Shown piece by piece: positions 8,641 through 17,527 of a stretch of 64,000 nucleotides of DNA (within the stretch, counting starts at the first letter, position 1; every line of letters starts with the position of its first letter). The notes beneath the pieces were generated by a model. The model did no database searches. It was given only the letters and a program-made list of their open reading frames with translations, and was not told the DNA's origin. Source of the stretch: a bacterium (lineage in GTDB: Bacteria; Patescibacteriota; Minisyncoccia; UBA6257; 02-FULL-45-10c); the NCBI GenBank assembly GCA_021786945.1, contig JAJYMK010000003.1:393471-457470 (forward strand). The letters are read 5' to 3'. The position numbers were made by a program, and so were the translations under genes.

Positions 8641-10106
8641 TGTTTTTCTATTCTCGGAAAAAGATTTTGAATCTTGGTAACAGAAAAACCCGGCTCATTT
8701 TCTTTTAAAGAATCCAAAATCATTTGCGATGTTTGTGGTAAAAATGAAGACAGTAATAAGCCCAACTCTTTTAAGATAAACACCAAATCAAACAAGATTG
8801 ATTTTTTAGTTTCAGCAGTCAAAGATTTTTCCCATGGTTTTTTTTCATTCACATAACGATCTCCGTATTGAATCAAACTCCAAATATCCGTTAAAGATTC
8901 ACTGAATTTAAAATTTTCGGTTTTCTGTTTTACCGATTTCTTTATTTCTTTTATTTTTTCCCCAACATCGGAGGAAACACTCCCTTCTATTTTTTCTTCC
9001 TTTGAAGCCAAGGTAGATACTCTAGCGGCAAAATTACCCAGCCCATTTGCTAAATCACCATTATATCTTTCCTCAAATTTTTCATAAGAAAAATCTCCAT
9101 CTTCCGAAGACGGTATTTCTCTCAAAAGATAGTATCTCACGGGCTCGGTGCCGTATTTTTTTACCAATTCATAAGGATCGACAACGTTTCCCAAAGACTT
9201 CGACATCTTTTCGCCGTTTGCAGTAATAAATCCATGAATAAATACTTTTTTAGGAAGCGGCAATTTACAGGATAAAAGCATAGCAGGCCAAAGAGCCACG
9301 TGAAAACGAGAAATATCCTTTCCTATCATATGGACATCGGCAGGATGTTTTTTCCATTTATTTATCCCTCCATACCCACTTATATAATTAGTTAAAGCAT
9401 CGGCCCAAACATACATAACTTGAGTATCGTCATTCAAAACAGGCACTCCCCACTGCAAAGATCTTTTTGATCTTGAAAAACTTACATCTTCAAGTCCGCC
9501 TCTAATTAAAGATAATATTTCATTCTTTCTTGTTTCGGGAATAATCTTTAATTTATCTTTTTCTATCAAGTATTCCAATTCTTTTGTGTATTTAGAAAGT
9601 CTGAAAAACCAATTCTCCTCCTCTATGAATTCGAGTTGTTTTTTATGAATAACACATTTTCCATCAACTATATCTTTTCCAGTCTTAAAAGCCTCACAGC
9701 CAACACAATAGTAGCCGTTGTATTTTTTCTTATATAAATCCCCCGCCTTCAAAATTCTATCCCAGATTTCCCAAACAACAGGCCAATGATTTTTTTGATC
9801 CGTGGTTCTGACAAAATTATCCCAAGACAAATTTAAAACTTCTTTCAAGCCCCTGAATTTTAAAGATAAGCCGTCAACAAAATCTTGAGGATTTTTTCCG
9901 CTTTCTTCGGCGGCCTTTTGAATTTTGGATCCATGTTCGTCTGTGCCAGTCTGAAAAAAAACATCAAATTTTTCTTTACGGTAATGCCTAGCTAAAACAT
10001 CAGACTGCAAAGATTCTAAAGCAAAACCAATATGTGGATCGGAGTTAACATATGCTATAGAAGTCGTAACATAAAACTTCTTTTTTTGAAAAAAAAGATT
10101 AAGCAT
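8637..10106 (-). CDS. metG: methionyl-tRNA synthetase, short form lacking the C-terminal tRNA-binding domain
   Basis: DPHIGF(A) HIGH-like motif, KMSKS, zinc-knuckle CVGCE...CVIH; 489 aa. Confidence 0.9.
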   Translation of the reverse strand: MLNLFFQKKKFYVTTSIAYVNSDPHIGFALESLQSDVLARHYRKEKFDVFFQTGTDEHGSKIQKAAEESGKNPQDFVDGLSLKFRGLKEVLNLSWDNFVRTTDQKNHWPVVWEIWDRILKAGDLYKKKYNGYYCVGCEAFKTGKDIVDGKCVIHKKQLEFIEEENWFFRLSKYTKELEYLIEKDKLKIIPETRKNEILSLIRGGLEDVSFSRSKRSLQWGVPVLNDDTQVMYVWADALTNYISGYGGINKWKKHPADVHMIGKDISRFHVALWPAMLLSCKLPLPKKVFIHGFITANGEKMSKSLGNVVDPYELVKKYGTEPVRYYLLREIPSSEDGDFSYEKFEERYNGDLANGLGNFAARVSTLASKEEKIEGSVSSDVGEKIKEIKKSVKQKTENFKFSESLTDIWSLIQYGDRYVNEKKPWEKSLTAETKKSILFDLVFILKELGLLLSSFLPQTSQMILDSLKENEPGFSVTKIQNLFPRIEKQ

Positions 10107-11148
10107 TTTCCGGTTTTTCTATCTGCATCCTGCGCTTCATTTTCGTTTCAGACCAATGATTAATAACTTCCTGAACTAATACCGCCCCCGGTACAGCCAA
10201 AATAAAGCCAACAATTCCAGCCAATTGCCCACCAAGAAGAATAGCTATAAGGATTACCGCGGGATTTAAACTTGTTGTAAGCCTCATAAAAGTAGGGGTC
10301 AAAAACGTTCCCTCTAATTTTTGAATAACAACGAAGAAAATTAAAACATAAACAGCTAGTGCCTGTGATTGCGATAAAGCAATAAGAACTGCTACCGATC
10401 CACTGACAATTGGACCAACATAAGGAACTAATTCAAGGATGGCGGCCAAAATAGCCAGGACCAAACTATATTTTATTCCCAATAAAGAAAGACCTATAAA
10501 CACGGCAGTTCCTATACTTAAACTCAAAAGTATTTGACCCTCGAGCCACTTACCAATTTTATGCCTAGTCCTAAAATAAATACTCAAAATTTGATCTTCA
10601 TAACTCGGAGGCAAAATGGCTCGTAATAATTTTTCAACGCCATCTCTGTCAACCGAAAGGTAAAAAGAAAGCACGAAGGTCATAATAAACAAAGAAATGC
10701 CGCCCAAAAACTTGGACAGGGTATCAAAGAGGGATGTCCCTCCACTAAATAAAACCCCGGCTAATCTTCCAATACTTTCAGAAAAAGCACTCGAAACTTG
10801 CGAAAGCTTCTCTAAACCGAGAACCGGAATATCGGCTTTTGCCAAAACATCTATAAACGTATTTATTTCAGTAAGCGCTACCGGTAAAATTATGTAAATT
10901 AAAATAGCTATTAATAAGATAAGAAATACGAAAATCGCCAAAGCGCTCAAAACCCTTGGAATCCTGCGCTTTTCAAGCCAAGACATTATAGGATCTAAAG
11001 CCGAAGATATTACGATAGACAACAAAACCGCCAAAGAAATATCCTTGGCTAAATAAAATAAATAAGCTATTAAAAACACAAAAACCACACGCCATAAGCT
11101 TGCCCAGCTGATTTCTACCTGGATTTTACCGTTTTTTTCTAAGTTCAT
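10099..11148 (-). CDS. AI-2E family transporter (UPF0118/PerM-like) membrane protein
   Basis: about 8 TM helices, family-typical length and C-terminal ...GIVGFILAVP... segment; 8-bp overlap with metG. Confidence 0.7.
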   Translation of the reverse strand: MNLEKNGKIQVEISWASLWRVVFVFLIAYLFYLAKDISLAVLLSIVISSALDPIMSWLEKRRIPRVLSALAIFVFLILLIAILIYIILPVALTEINTFIDVLAKADIPVLGLEKLSQVSSAFSESIGRLAGVLFSGGTSLFDTLSKFLGGISLFIMTFVLSFYLSVDRDGVEKLLRAILPPSYEDQILSIYFRTRHKIGKWLEGQILLSLSIGTAVFIGLSLLGIKYSLVLAILAAILELVPYVGPIVSGSVAVLIALSQSQALAVYVLIFFVVIQKLEGTFLTPTFMRLTTSLNPAVILIAILLGGQLAGIVGFILAVPGAVLVQEVINHWSETKMKRRMQIEKPENA

Positions 11149-11221
11149 TTTTTTACTCTACTATTTAGAACGTTTCAAATAGTAAAATAGTTTCGCAAAA
11201 AATCCGATCTATATTAGATTA

Positions 11222-12487
11222 CTATAAACTAAACCCCCTTTCAAATTGAGTCTTATTCTCAAAAGGACCGATGAGAGCCAAATTCAATCCAGAATTTTTA
11301 AAAATATCGTTTGCCACCTTTTTTATATCTTTTGCACTTACCGATTTAATTTTTTTAATTAACTGTTCTGGAGTCAGAATTTTTTCTTTAAAAATTTCCT
11401 GATCTCCGTAAAATTCCGCTACAGCATCGGATGTTTCTAGGCCAATCATCAATCTTCCTATAATATGGTTTTTAGATTTATCCAATTCGGCTTTGGATAT
11501 TTCCGTTTTTTTAATTTTATTTATTTCACCGAGAATAGCTTTTATGACTATCTCAACTTTTGTATTATCAACCCCAGCGGAAATTGCCAAAAGACCATGA
11601 TCAGTATATGCGGAGTTTCCGCAATTTACATAATATGCCGCACCTAGCTCTTCCCTGACTTTTTGAAAAAGCCTAGAACTCATTCCCCCGCCCAAAATAT
11701 CGCAAAGAACCCCCAAAATATATCTGCGTTTATCGAACGTATCAAAAGACCTGAATCCTAAAACTAAATGTGTCTGATCGGATTTCTTTGTTTCCAAAGA
11801 AACCATCGGTTTACTTTGAACTTCAGTAACTTTATTCTTACCCGATTTTAAAGACTTCGGAATAACTCCAAATACTTTTTCTATTTTTTTGAGCATTTGC
11901 TTTTCATTGAAATCACCGGCAACAACTATAGTAGTAGCCCCAGGAACATAATGATTTTTTCTGTAATTTATTAATCTTTCTCGGTTTATAGCCAAAACCC
12001 CCTCCTTCTTTCCAGCTATCGGCCAACCAGCCGGCTGATCGCCATAAACTAATTCCGTAAGATTTTCGTGTACCTTGCGCATGGGCAAATCTTCATACAT
12101 ATTAATCTCTTCAATAATCACGCCCTTCTCTTTTTCTATTTCTTTTTCTTCAAAAAGCGGATTGATATACATATCAGAAATAATATCTAAAGCATTATCT
12201 ATTTTGTCTGCACCAACTTTAGCAAAATATCCAGTAGCTTCGTTGCCCGTAAAAGCATTATAAACCGCCCCCAGGGATTCCATTTCAGAAGAAATAGCCA
12301 AGGCACTCGGACGTTTTTTTGTACCCTTAAAACACATGTGTTCCAAAAAATGAGAAATGCCATTTATCTCCTTGTTTTCATATTTAGAACCGGCTTCAAC
12401 TAAAACCAAAAATGTAGCAGCCAGACTTTTTGGCATAGAAATCAAAATAACCCTCAAACCATTTTTCAAAATGTGTTTTTTATACAT
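11222..12487 (-). CDS. M16-family zinc peptidase (insulinase/pitrilysin-like)
   Basis: inverted zinc-binding motif HFLEH near the N-terminus, 421 aa. Confidence 0.8.
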   Translation of the reverse strand: MYKKHILKNGLRVILISMPKSLAATFLVLVEAGSKYENKEINGISHFLEHMCFKGTKKRPSALAISSEMESLGAVYNAFTGNEATGYFAKVGADKIDNALDIISDMYINPLFEEKEIEKEKGVIIEEINMYEDLPMRKVHENLTELVYGDQPAGWPIAGKKEGVLAINRERLINYRKNHYVPGATTIVVAGDFNEKQMLKKIEKVFGVIPKSLKSGKNKVTEVQSKPMVSLETKKSDQTHLVLGFRSFDTFDKRRYILGVLCDILGGGMSSRLFQKVREELGAAYYVNCGNSAYTDHGLLAISAGVDNTKVEIVIKAILGEINKIKKTEISKAELDKSKNHIIGRLMIGLETSDAVAEFYGDQEIFKEKILTPEQLIKKIKSVSAKDIKKVANDIFKNSGLNLALIGPFENKTQFERGFSL

Positions 12488-12495
12488 AAATAAAT

Positions 12496-13806
12496 TTATT
12501 TAATTTTTTCAGATAAGTAATTTTTAAGTTCGGAAATTTTTATTCTTTCTTGCTTAGTAGTGTCCCTACTCCTAACTGTTACAGCACCATCCTCCAAAGA
12601 ATCAAAATCAACAGTGATACAAAACGGAGTTCCAATTTCGTCTTGGGAATAATAACGTTTTCCAACATTTCCTCTGTCGTCCCATGTAAGCATAAAATCT
12701 TTTCTCAAAGAATCATATATTTCTTTGGCTTTAGAAACCAATTCGGGTTTATTCTTCAAAAGAGGAAAAACAGCGGCTTTATAAGGAGCTAATTTATAAG
12801 GCAATTTTAAAACTAACCTTTCCGGATTGGAGTCGTCAAAAGAACTGGATAAAACAGCCAAAACCGTTCTATCCACCCCCCAAGTAGGCTCGATAACATG
12901 AGGGATAATTTTTTCGTTTGTTTCCGGATCGGCATAACTCAAATCTTCCTTGCTGGCAACAGAATGATTTTTAAGATCAAAGTCTGTCCTATAAGCAAGT
13001 CCATATAATTCTTTTTTGCCAAAAGGAAATTCATATTCAAAATCAATAGTTCTTTTTGAATAATGCGCTCTCTCGCCGTCTGGAACTTCGAATTCATGAA
13101 CTTTTTCCATTTCGATGCCAATTTCCTTCATCCATCCAATCATTTCTTTTCTCCACATTTCAAAAATAGATTGCCAATCTTCATCTTTTTTAGGCGGTTT
13201 GATAAAATACTCTATTTCCATCTGCTCGAACTCTCTTGTCCTGAAAATAAAGTTACCCGGCGTTATTTCATTCCTAAAAGCCTTTCCTATTTGGGCAATA
13301 CCGAAAGGCAATTTTTTACGCGTAGTCTGCAAAACATTCTTAAAATCAACAAACATCGCCTGAGCGGTTTCGGGCCTAAAATAAACGATATTGGCCGCTT
13401 CCTCAGCGGGACCAAGAAACGTCTTAAGCATAAGATTAAACTGCCTAGACTCCGTAAAACTATCTTTGGTCCCGCAATTCGGACATGGATCTTTTACATT
13501 AATCAGATCGGCACGGAATCTTTCATGGCATTTCTTGCAGTCAACTAATGGATCGCTGAAATTTTTCAAATGACCGCTAGCTTCCCAAACTTTCGGATTC
13601 ATAATCAAAGCCGCATCTATTCCTACCACATCATCACGGGATTGAACAAAACGCCTCCACCAAAGCTGCTTAATATTATTTTTTAATTCAACGCCAATAG
13701 GGCCATAATCCCAAGAATTAGCCAAGCCTCCATAAATTTCACTGCCGGGAAATACAAATCCACGTCTCTTGCACAGCGAAATTATTTTATCCATTTTTGA
13801 TTCCAT
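12496..13806 (-). CDS. glyS: glycyl-tRNA synthetase, dimeric alpha2 (archaeal/eukaryal-like) type
   Basis: class II aaRS motifs; N-terminus LCKRRGFVFPGSEIYGG...WDYGPIGVELKNNIK typical of GlyRS alpha2. Confidence 0.9.
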   Translation of the reverse strand: MESKMDKIISLCKRRGFVFPGSEIYGGLANSWDYGPIGVELKNNIKQLWWRRFVQSRDDVVGIDAALIMNPKVWEASGHLKNFSDPLVDCKKCHERFRADLINVKDPCPNCGTKDSFTESRQFNLMLKTFLGPAEEAANIVYFRPETAQAMFVDFKNVLQTTRKKLPFGIAQIGKAFRNEITPGNFIFRTREFEQMEIEYFIKPPKKDEDWQSIFEMWRKEMIGWMKEIGIEMEKVHEFEVPDGERAHYSKRTIDFEYEFPFGKKELYGLAYRTDFDLKNHSVASKEDLSYADPETNEKIIPHVIEPTWGVDRTVLAVLSSSFDDSNPERLVLKLPYKLAPYKAAVFPLLKNKPELVSKAKEIYDSLRKDFMLTWDDRGNVGKRYYSQDEIGTPFCITVDFDSLEDGAVTVRSRDTTKQERIKISELKNYLSEKIK

Positions 13807-13946
13807 ATGAGTCTATTTCAATAATAACTTCCAAACGCGATATAGGCAAATTTTAGACAGAACAAGGAGCAAGAAGGAAATTCATAGTTTGAACTATATT
13901 TCCGACGAGCGACTCCGTTATGTATAAAACTAGCCATATCCTTTCA

Positions 13947-14066
13947 GGTTGTTATATAAAATAAATGATTTCTTCGTTACTCCTCCTCGATGTGGCTATA
14001 GCCACCATCTCGTCGTCGTGCCTTGAACTTATTTATTTATATATACAACACGTTTAGGAATTATTA
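13947..14066 (-). ncRNA. structured element copy A in the glyS 5' leader, homologous to 63879-64000
   Basis: colinear about 70% identity with copy B; conserved TAATAATTCCTAA(A/G)CG(T/C)GTTG, CAAGGCA, CGACGAG, hairpin GTGGC-TATA-GCCAC (copy B: GTGGT-GTAT-ACCAC, a compensatory change), CGAGGAGG, ...AACC. Confidence 0.5.
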
Positions 14067-14087
14067 CTGAAATAGACTCCCAAAGAA

Positions 14088-14116
14088 TAAAACCGCCTAG
14101 TGAAAAGGCGGTTTTT
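14088..14116 (-). terminator. Rho-independent terminator downstream of the 14126-15829 gene
   Basis: AAAACCGCC-loop-GGCGGTTTT with a T-run on the minus strand. Confidence 0.65.
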
Positions 14117-14125
14117 AAATTTAAT

Positions 14126-15829
14126 TTATGGCTGCACCACTCCCCCTTGTTGGCCAATAGTAATATCATTTGGCAATGCGGTGGTAATCTGATCAACTTT
14201 TAATTCAATAGAATTATTTGTAAATGCATCCGTTGCTTTCACGGTAGCCTCGCCAATAAGCGGCATATAATTTGCAATCTGAGAAGAAGACGGTGTGGCC
14301 TCTATCTGAAAAACAGCTCCAGCAGGATCGTCCACAAAACCCTTATTGGCTGGCAACTTATCCAGATTCCAGACCATTTCATTTGTTTTTTCATCAAATG
14401 TGGGCGCATTTCCAAAATCACTCTTGGCAATACCCGTAAATTTAACCCCGTCTTTGAGCTTGGCCCTTATTTCGATACCAGAAAAATCGGTAGCAAAACT
14501 TCTAAGATCCCAATGAACTGTAAAATTAGTAGCTTGGCCAACTTTTGGAGGCATGGAACCATTATTTAAAATTCCGGAGTCGGCATCTCTAAAATATGCT
14601 GCCGAAGACAAAGAAATACTTCCCGCTACTTTTGTTTCTATTTTTAAAATATTATAAGTTTTACTGGCATTCAAAGATTGCGGCACAGTCGGAGATTCAA
14701 TTTCAACCTTCACATTCAAAATAAAATCTTTATCTCCCAGTCTTCTGACGGGATAATTATTAGAGGTTTTAATGTTGAAATAAACAAATCCGGCGCTTCG
14801 CGGAGCAATATAATTAAGTTCCGGGGAATTACTTGAATTCCAAATTAAAGTATTATCCGACTTTCTAAAAACCGCCCTGGTATCCAAAGAGCCGAGATCA
14901 AAAAGCTCGCCCTGAAGCTGAGCCCTTACAACGGCATCTCTCAAAGGAACGTCGGAATTATTTATATAACTGATTACATATTTTAAACTATCTCCGGGAA
15001 CAGCAATGTAATCAGATTTATCATTAAGAATAACCCCTAAGGAAAGCGGAGATGGGGAAATAACAAGATTAACATCATTTAACTCCACAAAATAATCTTT
15101 GTCGCCCAAACTAATTTTAAATTTAGGTTTAAATGTGACTGTGGAATTATCCGGACCTATTACGCTACCCTTTATGGTAAATTTACCCTCTGATCCTTTT
15201 CTTAGATCGCCCAACTCCCAGACATTATTACCACTATCGGGTTTGGAATCCGAACTTAAAAAAGTAAAATTGGCCGGATATTCAACGCTAAATTCCAATC
15301 CATAAAAATCAACGTCGGAAACATTTTTGTAGTCAACGCCTACCTCAAATTCTTCACCGCTAAAAACTTTTTCCGGGGCTTTAATTTGTATATCGGCTCC
15401 ACTATTTAAAATTTTTATATCCTGTTCTGATTCTTTTTCGTACTTAGAAGAACCCAAAGAATAAGAAACTAAAACTTTTATTTTTTGAGTTTCATTTATA
15501 CCCCTTAAAAAAACTAAATTATATTTTTCGGAAACCAAGCTTCCCTGCCCCAAATCTCCGATATCCTTACTGTCAACCAATTTTTCCGTATTACTACCGA
15601 CAAAAGCCGCGCCATCGGGAATAGTAACGATAAGTATGACGTCTTTCAAAACAGAGCTCATCTGATTGCTAAATTCCACCTTAAAATCAAATGGTACTCC
15701 GGCCATAATTTCTTTAGGGGCAACCAAACCAACATCAAGATTTTGGCTGTTGTTATCAAAAATATAAAAAAGACTTATCCCTATAATAGCTACCAAAACT
15801 ATAATCGTAATTTTAAAAATATTATTCAT
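14126..15829 (-). CDS. large secreted or membrane-anchored beta-rich surface protein, DUF11-like repeat domains (tentative)
   Basis: N-terminal TM/signal anchor, 567 aa rich in N, S, T, G and V with repeated beta-strand-like segments; no catalytic motif recognised. Confidence 0.4.
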   Translation of the reverse strand: MNNIFKITIIVLVAIIGISLFYIFDNNSQNLDVGLVAPKEIMAGVPFDFKVEFSNQMSSVLKDVILIVTIPDGAAFVGSNTEKLVDSKDIGDLGQGSLVSEKYNLVFLRGINETQKIKVLVSYSLGSSKYEKESEQDIKILNSGADIQIKAPEKVFSGEEFEVGVDYKNVSDVDFYGLEFSVEYPANFTFLSSDSKPDSGNNVWELGDLRKGSEGKFTIKGSVIGPDNSTVTFKPKFKISLGDKDYFVELNDVNLVISPSPLSLGVILNDKSDYIAVPGDSLKYVISYINNSDVPLRDAVVRAQLQGELFDLGSLDTRAVFRKSDNTLIWNSSNSPELNYIAPRSAGFVYFNIKTSNNYPVRRLGDKDFILNVKVEIESPTVPQSLNASKTYNILKIETKVAGSISLSSAAYFRDADSGILNNGSMPPKVGQATNFTVHWDLRSFATDFSGIEIRAKLKDGVKFTGIAKSDFGNAPTFDEKTNEMVWNLDKLPANKGFVDDPAGAVFQIEATPSSSQIANYMPLIGEATVKATDAFTNNSIELKVDQITTALPNDITIGQQGGVVQP

Positions 15830-16310
15830 GGCAATATTTACAATAAAATGCCAGATCTTTTACGGAAAAAAAATCCGGCGAACCTTTAAGACAATTATTA
15901 CATTTAGCATGCATAGGGTCAAAACCCAGTATCTTCAAAGCTTGTATAAAAACCCCCTCTTCTACTTGTTTATCCTCCATACTCTTTAAAAATTCCCACA
16001 AGTCCGGATCTGGCTGATTTTCGGGAGCAATTTCTTTTATAAGATATAAGGTTTTAAATGCGGTTTTTCCAGGAATTATTTTCTTAGAAGACAGAACATC
16101 TATAAGTTGCGGCGAATTTTTATCTACTATCCTTACGGTTACATAATTAAGTGGTTCGGAATGGGCGGCTAATTTGGAAATAATTTTTCTTCCACTTGTT
16201 ATTTTTGCCACTACTTTTCCAAAATCTTTGGTAAACAAAAAAACTCTCGAGTCTTGCTCGGCCAAATCTATTTTATCCAGAACTACCGCTTCGGTAACAT
16301 ATTCCAGCAT
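15822..16310 (-). CDS. RecO-like recombination mediator, minimal form (OB fold plus C4 zinc finger), tentative
   Basis: N-terminus MLEYVTEAVVL..DSRV..FTKDFGKV typical of RecO; C-terminal CNNC...CKYC; only 162 aa. Confidence 0.45.
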   Translation of the reverse strand: MLEYVTEAVVLDKIDLAEQDSRVFLFTKDFGKVVAKITSGRKIISKLAAHSEPLNYVTVRIVDKNSPQLIDVLSSKKIIPGKTAFKTLYLIKEIAPENQPDPDLWEFLKSMEDKQVEEGVFIQALKILGFDPMHAKCNNCLKGSPDFFSVKDLAFYCKYCHE

Positions 16311-16314
16311 TATT

Positions 16315-16959
16315 TTATTTTACCAAATTTAAAGCCAGGGGTCTTCCGCCTAATTTATGCGTAATCAGCTTTATAATATAATCCAATTTCTTCGGGTCCT
16401 CTAAATAATTCAAATCATCAAGCGGAATAGTCAAAACCTGAGATTTCATAAAATTGCCGGCCCACTCATCGTATAAACGGTTAAGATCCAATAGATATTT
16501 TTCGTCTATTTTCTGCTCGAATTCCCTGCCACGCATCTTTATCCTCTTTTTTATAGTCGGAACAGAATTCTTCAGATAAATAATCAGATCCGGGGAAGGC
16601 AATAATTCCAAAATAGACTGATAAAATCCCTGATACACATCCCAGTCGCGCTTTTCTATAAATCCCCTTTCAAACAAATTTTTCGCAAATATTTCCGCAT
16701 CTTCATAAATCGTCCTGTCCTGAATGAAAATTCCTTTTTCTTTGGAAAGAGAAACTTGATCTTTAAGGCGCTGGCCCAGAAAAAACATCTGAGAATGAAA
16801 TGCCCAGCGTTTCATGTCTTTATAAAAATCAGCCAAATATGGATTTTCCGAAGCGGGCTCAAAAACAGGCGTTGCCTGAAATTTTTCCGCTAAAACTTTG
16901 GTAAGGGTGGATTTACCTGCGCTAATATTGCCCGCTATAGCTATAAAGAGATTATCCAT
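16315..16959 (-). CDS. deoxynucleoside kinase (dNK/dCK/dGK family)
   Basis: P-loop AGNISAGKST, dNK-family spacing; start reassigned to the internal ATG at 16959 because the longer ORF-track N-terminus (to 17046) overlaps tRNA-Leu. Confidence 0.7.
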   Translation of the reverse strand: MDNLFIAIAGNISAGKSTLTKVLAEKFQATPVFEPASENPYLADFYKDMKRWAFHSQMFFLGQRLKDQVSLSKEKGIFIQDRTIYEDAEIFAKNLFERGFIEKRDWDVYQGFYQSILELLPSPDLIIYLKNSVPTIKKRIKMRGREFEQKIDEKYLLDLNRLYDEWAGNFMKSQVLTIPLDDLNYLEDPKKLDYIIKLITHKLGGRPLALNLVK

Positions 16960-16960
16960 G

Positions 16961-17044
16961 TGCACGGGACAGGATTTGAACCTGCATGACCTTACGGTCG
17001 CTACCACCTCAAGGTAGTGCGTCTGCCAGTTTCGCCACCCGTGC
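16961..17044 (-). tRNA. tRNA-Leu(GAG), class II long variable arm, CCA not encoded
   Basis: cloverleaf folded by hand: acceptor GCACGGG/CCCGTGC, anticodon loop TTGAGGT, long variable arm, T-loop GGTTCAAATCC. Confidence 0.8.
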
Positions 17045-17131
17045 AAATTAACTAATAAGTATTATAACCAAAATTATATTTTTGTGAAATATAAAAACAA
17101 AAATCCCGGCATAAACCGGGATTTGAATTAT

Positions 17132-17461
17132 TTATTCAGCGGAACCAACTTTCTGTCTGGTCTGCTTTCTGGAAAGGTCTCTGATATAGTAAAGTTTTGC
17201 TCTGGAAACTTTTTTTGGAGAACTTAAAACTTCCAATTTCTGAATCTTGGTGGAATGAAGAGGAAAAATCCTTTCTACTCCGACTCCTGCCAAAGTTGTC
17301 CTTACGGTAAAAGAAGATCCGATCTCAGAACCGTGCTTTCTGGCAATAACCATGCCGGAAAATTGAGCAATACGTTCTTTGTCGCCTTCTTTAACTTTTT
17401 CATAAACCTTTACATTCGCTCCCGGTTTAATCTTATTAAAAATTTCTTTGTTTATTGGCAT
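17132..17461 (-). CDS. rplS: 50S ribosomal protein L19
   Basis: sequence typical of bL19 (..VKVYEKVKEGDKERIQ.F.G.VIA....G...SFTVR...GVGVERIFPLHSP.I..). Confidence 0.95.
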   Translation of the reverse strand: MPINKEIFNKIKPGANVKVYEKVKEGDKERIAQFSGMVIARKHGSEIGSSFTVRTTLAGVGVERIFPLHSTKIQKLEVLSSPKKVSRAKLYYIRDLSRKQTRQKVGSAE

Positions 17462-17527
17462 ATATTTGTATCACTATTTGTAGTTAACATAATACTTTAA
17501 AAAATAATTTTGGTCAACTAATAAAAA

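Noticed and set aside
8411-8680. ORF 8411-8680 (plus, 89 aa) and ORF 8428-8625 (minus, 65 aa) as genes
   Set aside because: Both lie in the GC-rich structured intergenic island and extend across a terminator and into metG antisense. Their composition reflects the GC-rich RNA-like sequence rather than a coding region.
13947-14066. Calling element A a T-box riboswitch
   Set aside because: The GGTGG in the hairpin superficially recalls the T-box GGGUGGNACCGCG, but the sequence is GGUGGCUAUAGCCAC, a self-complementary hairpin. No specifier-loop or antiterminator arrangement could be recognised.
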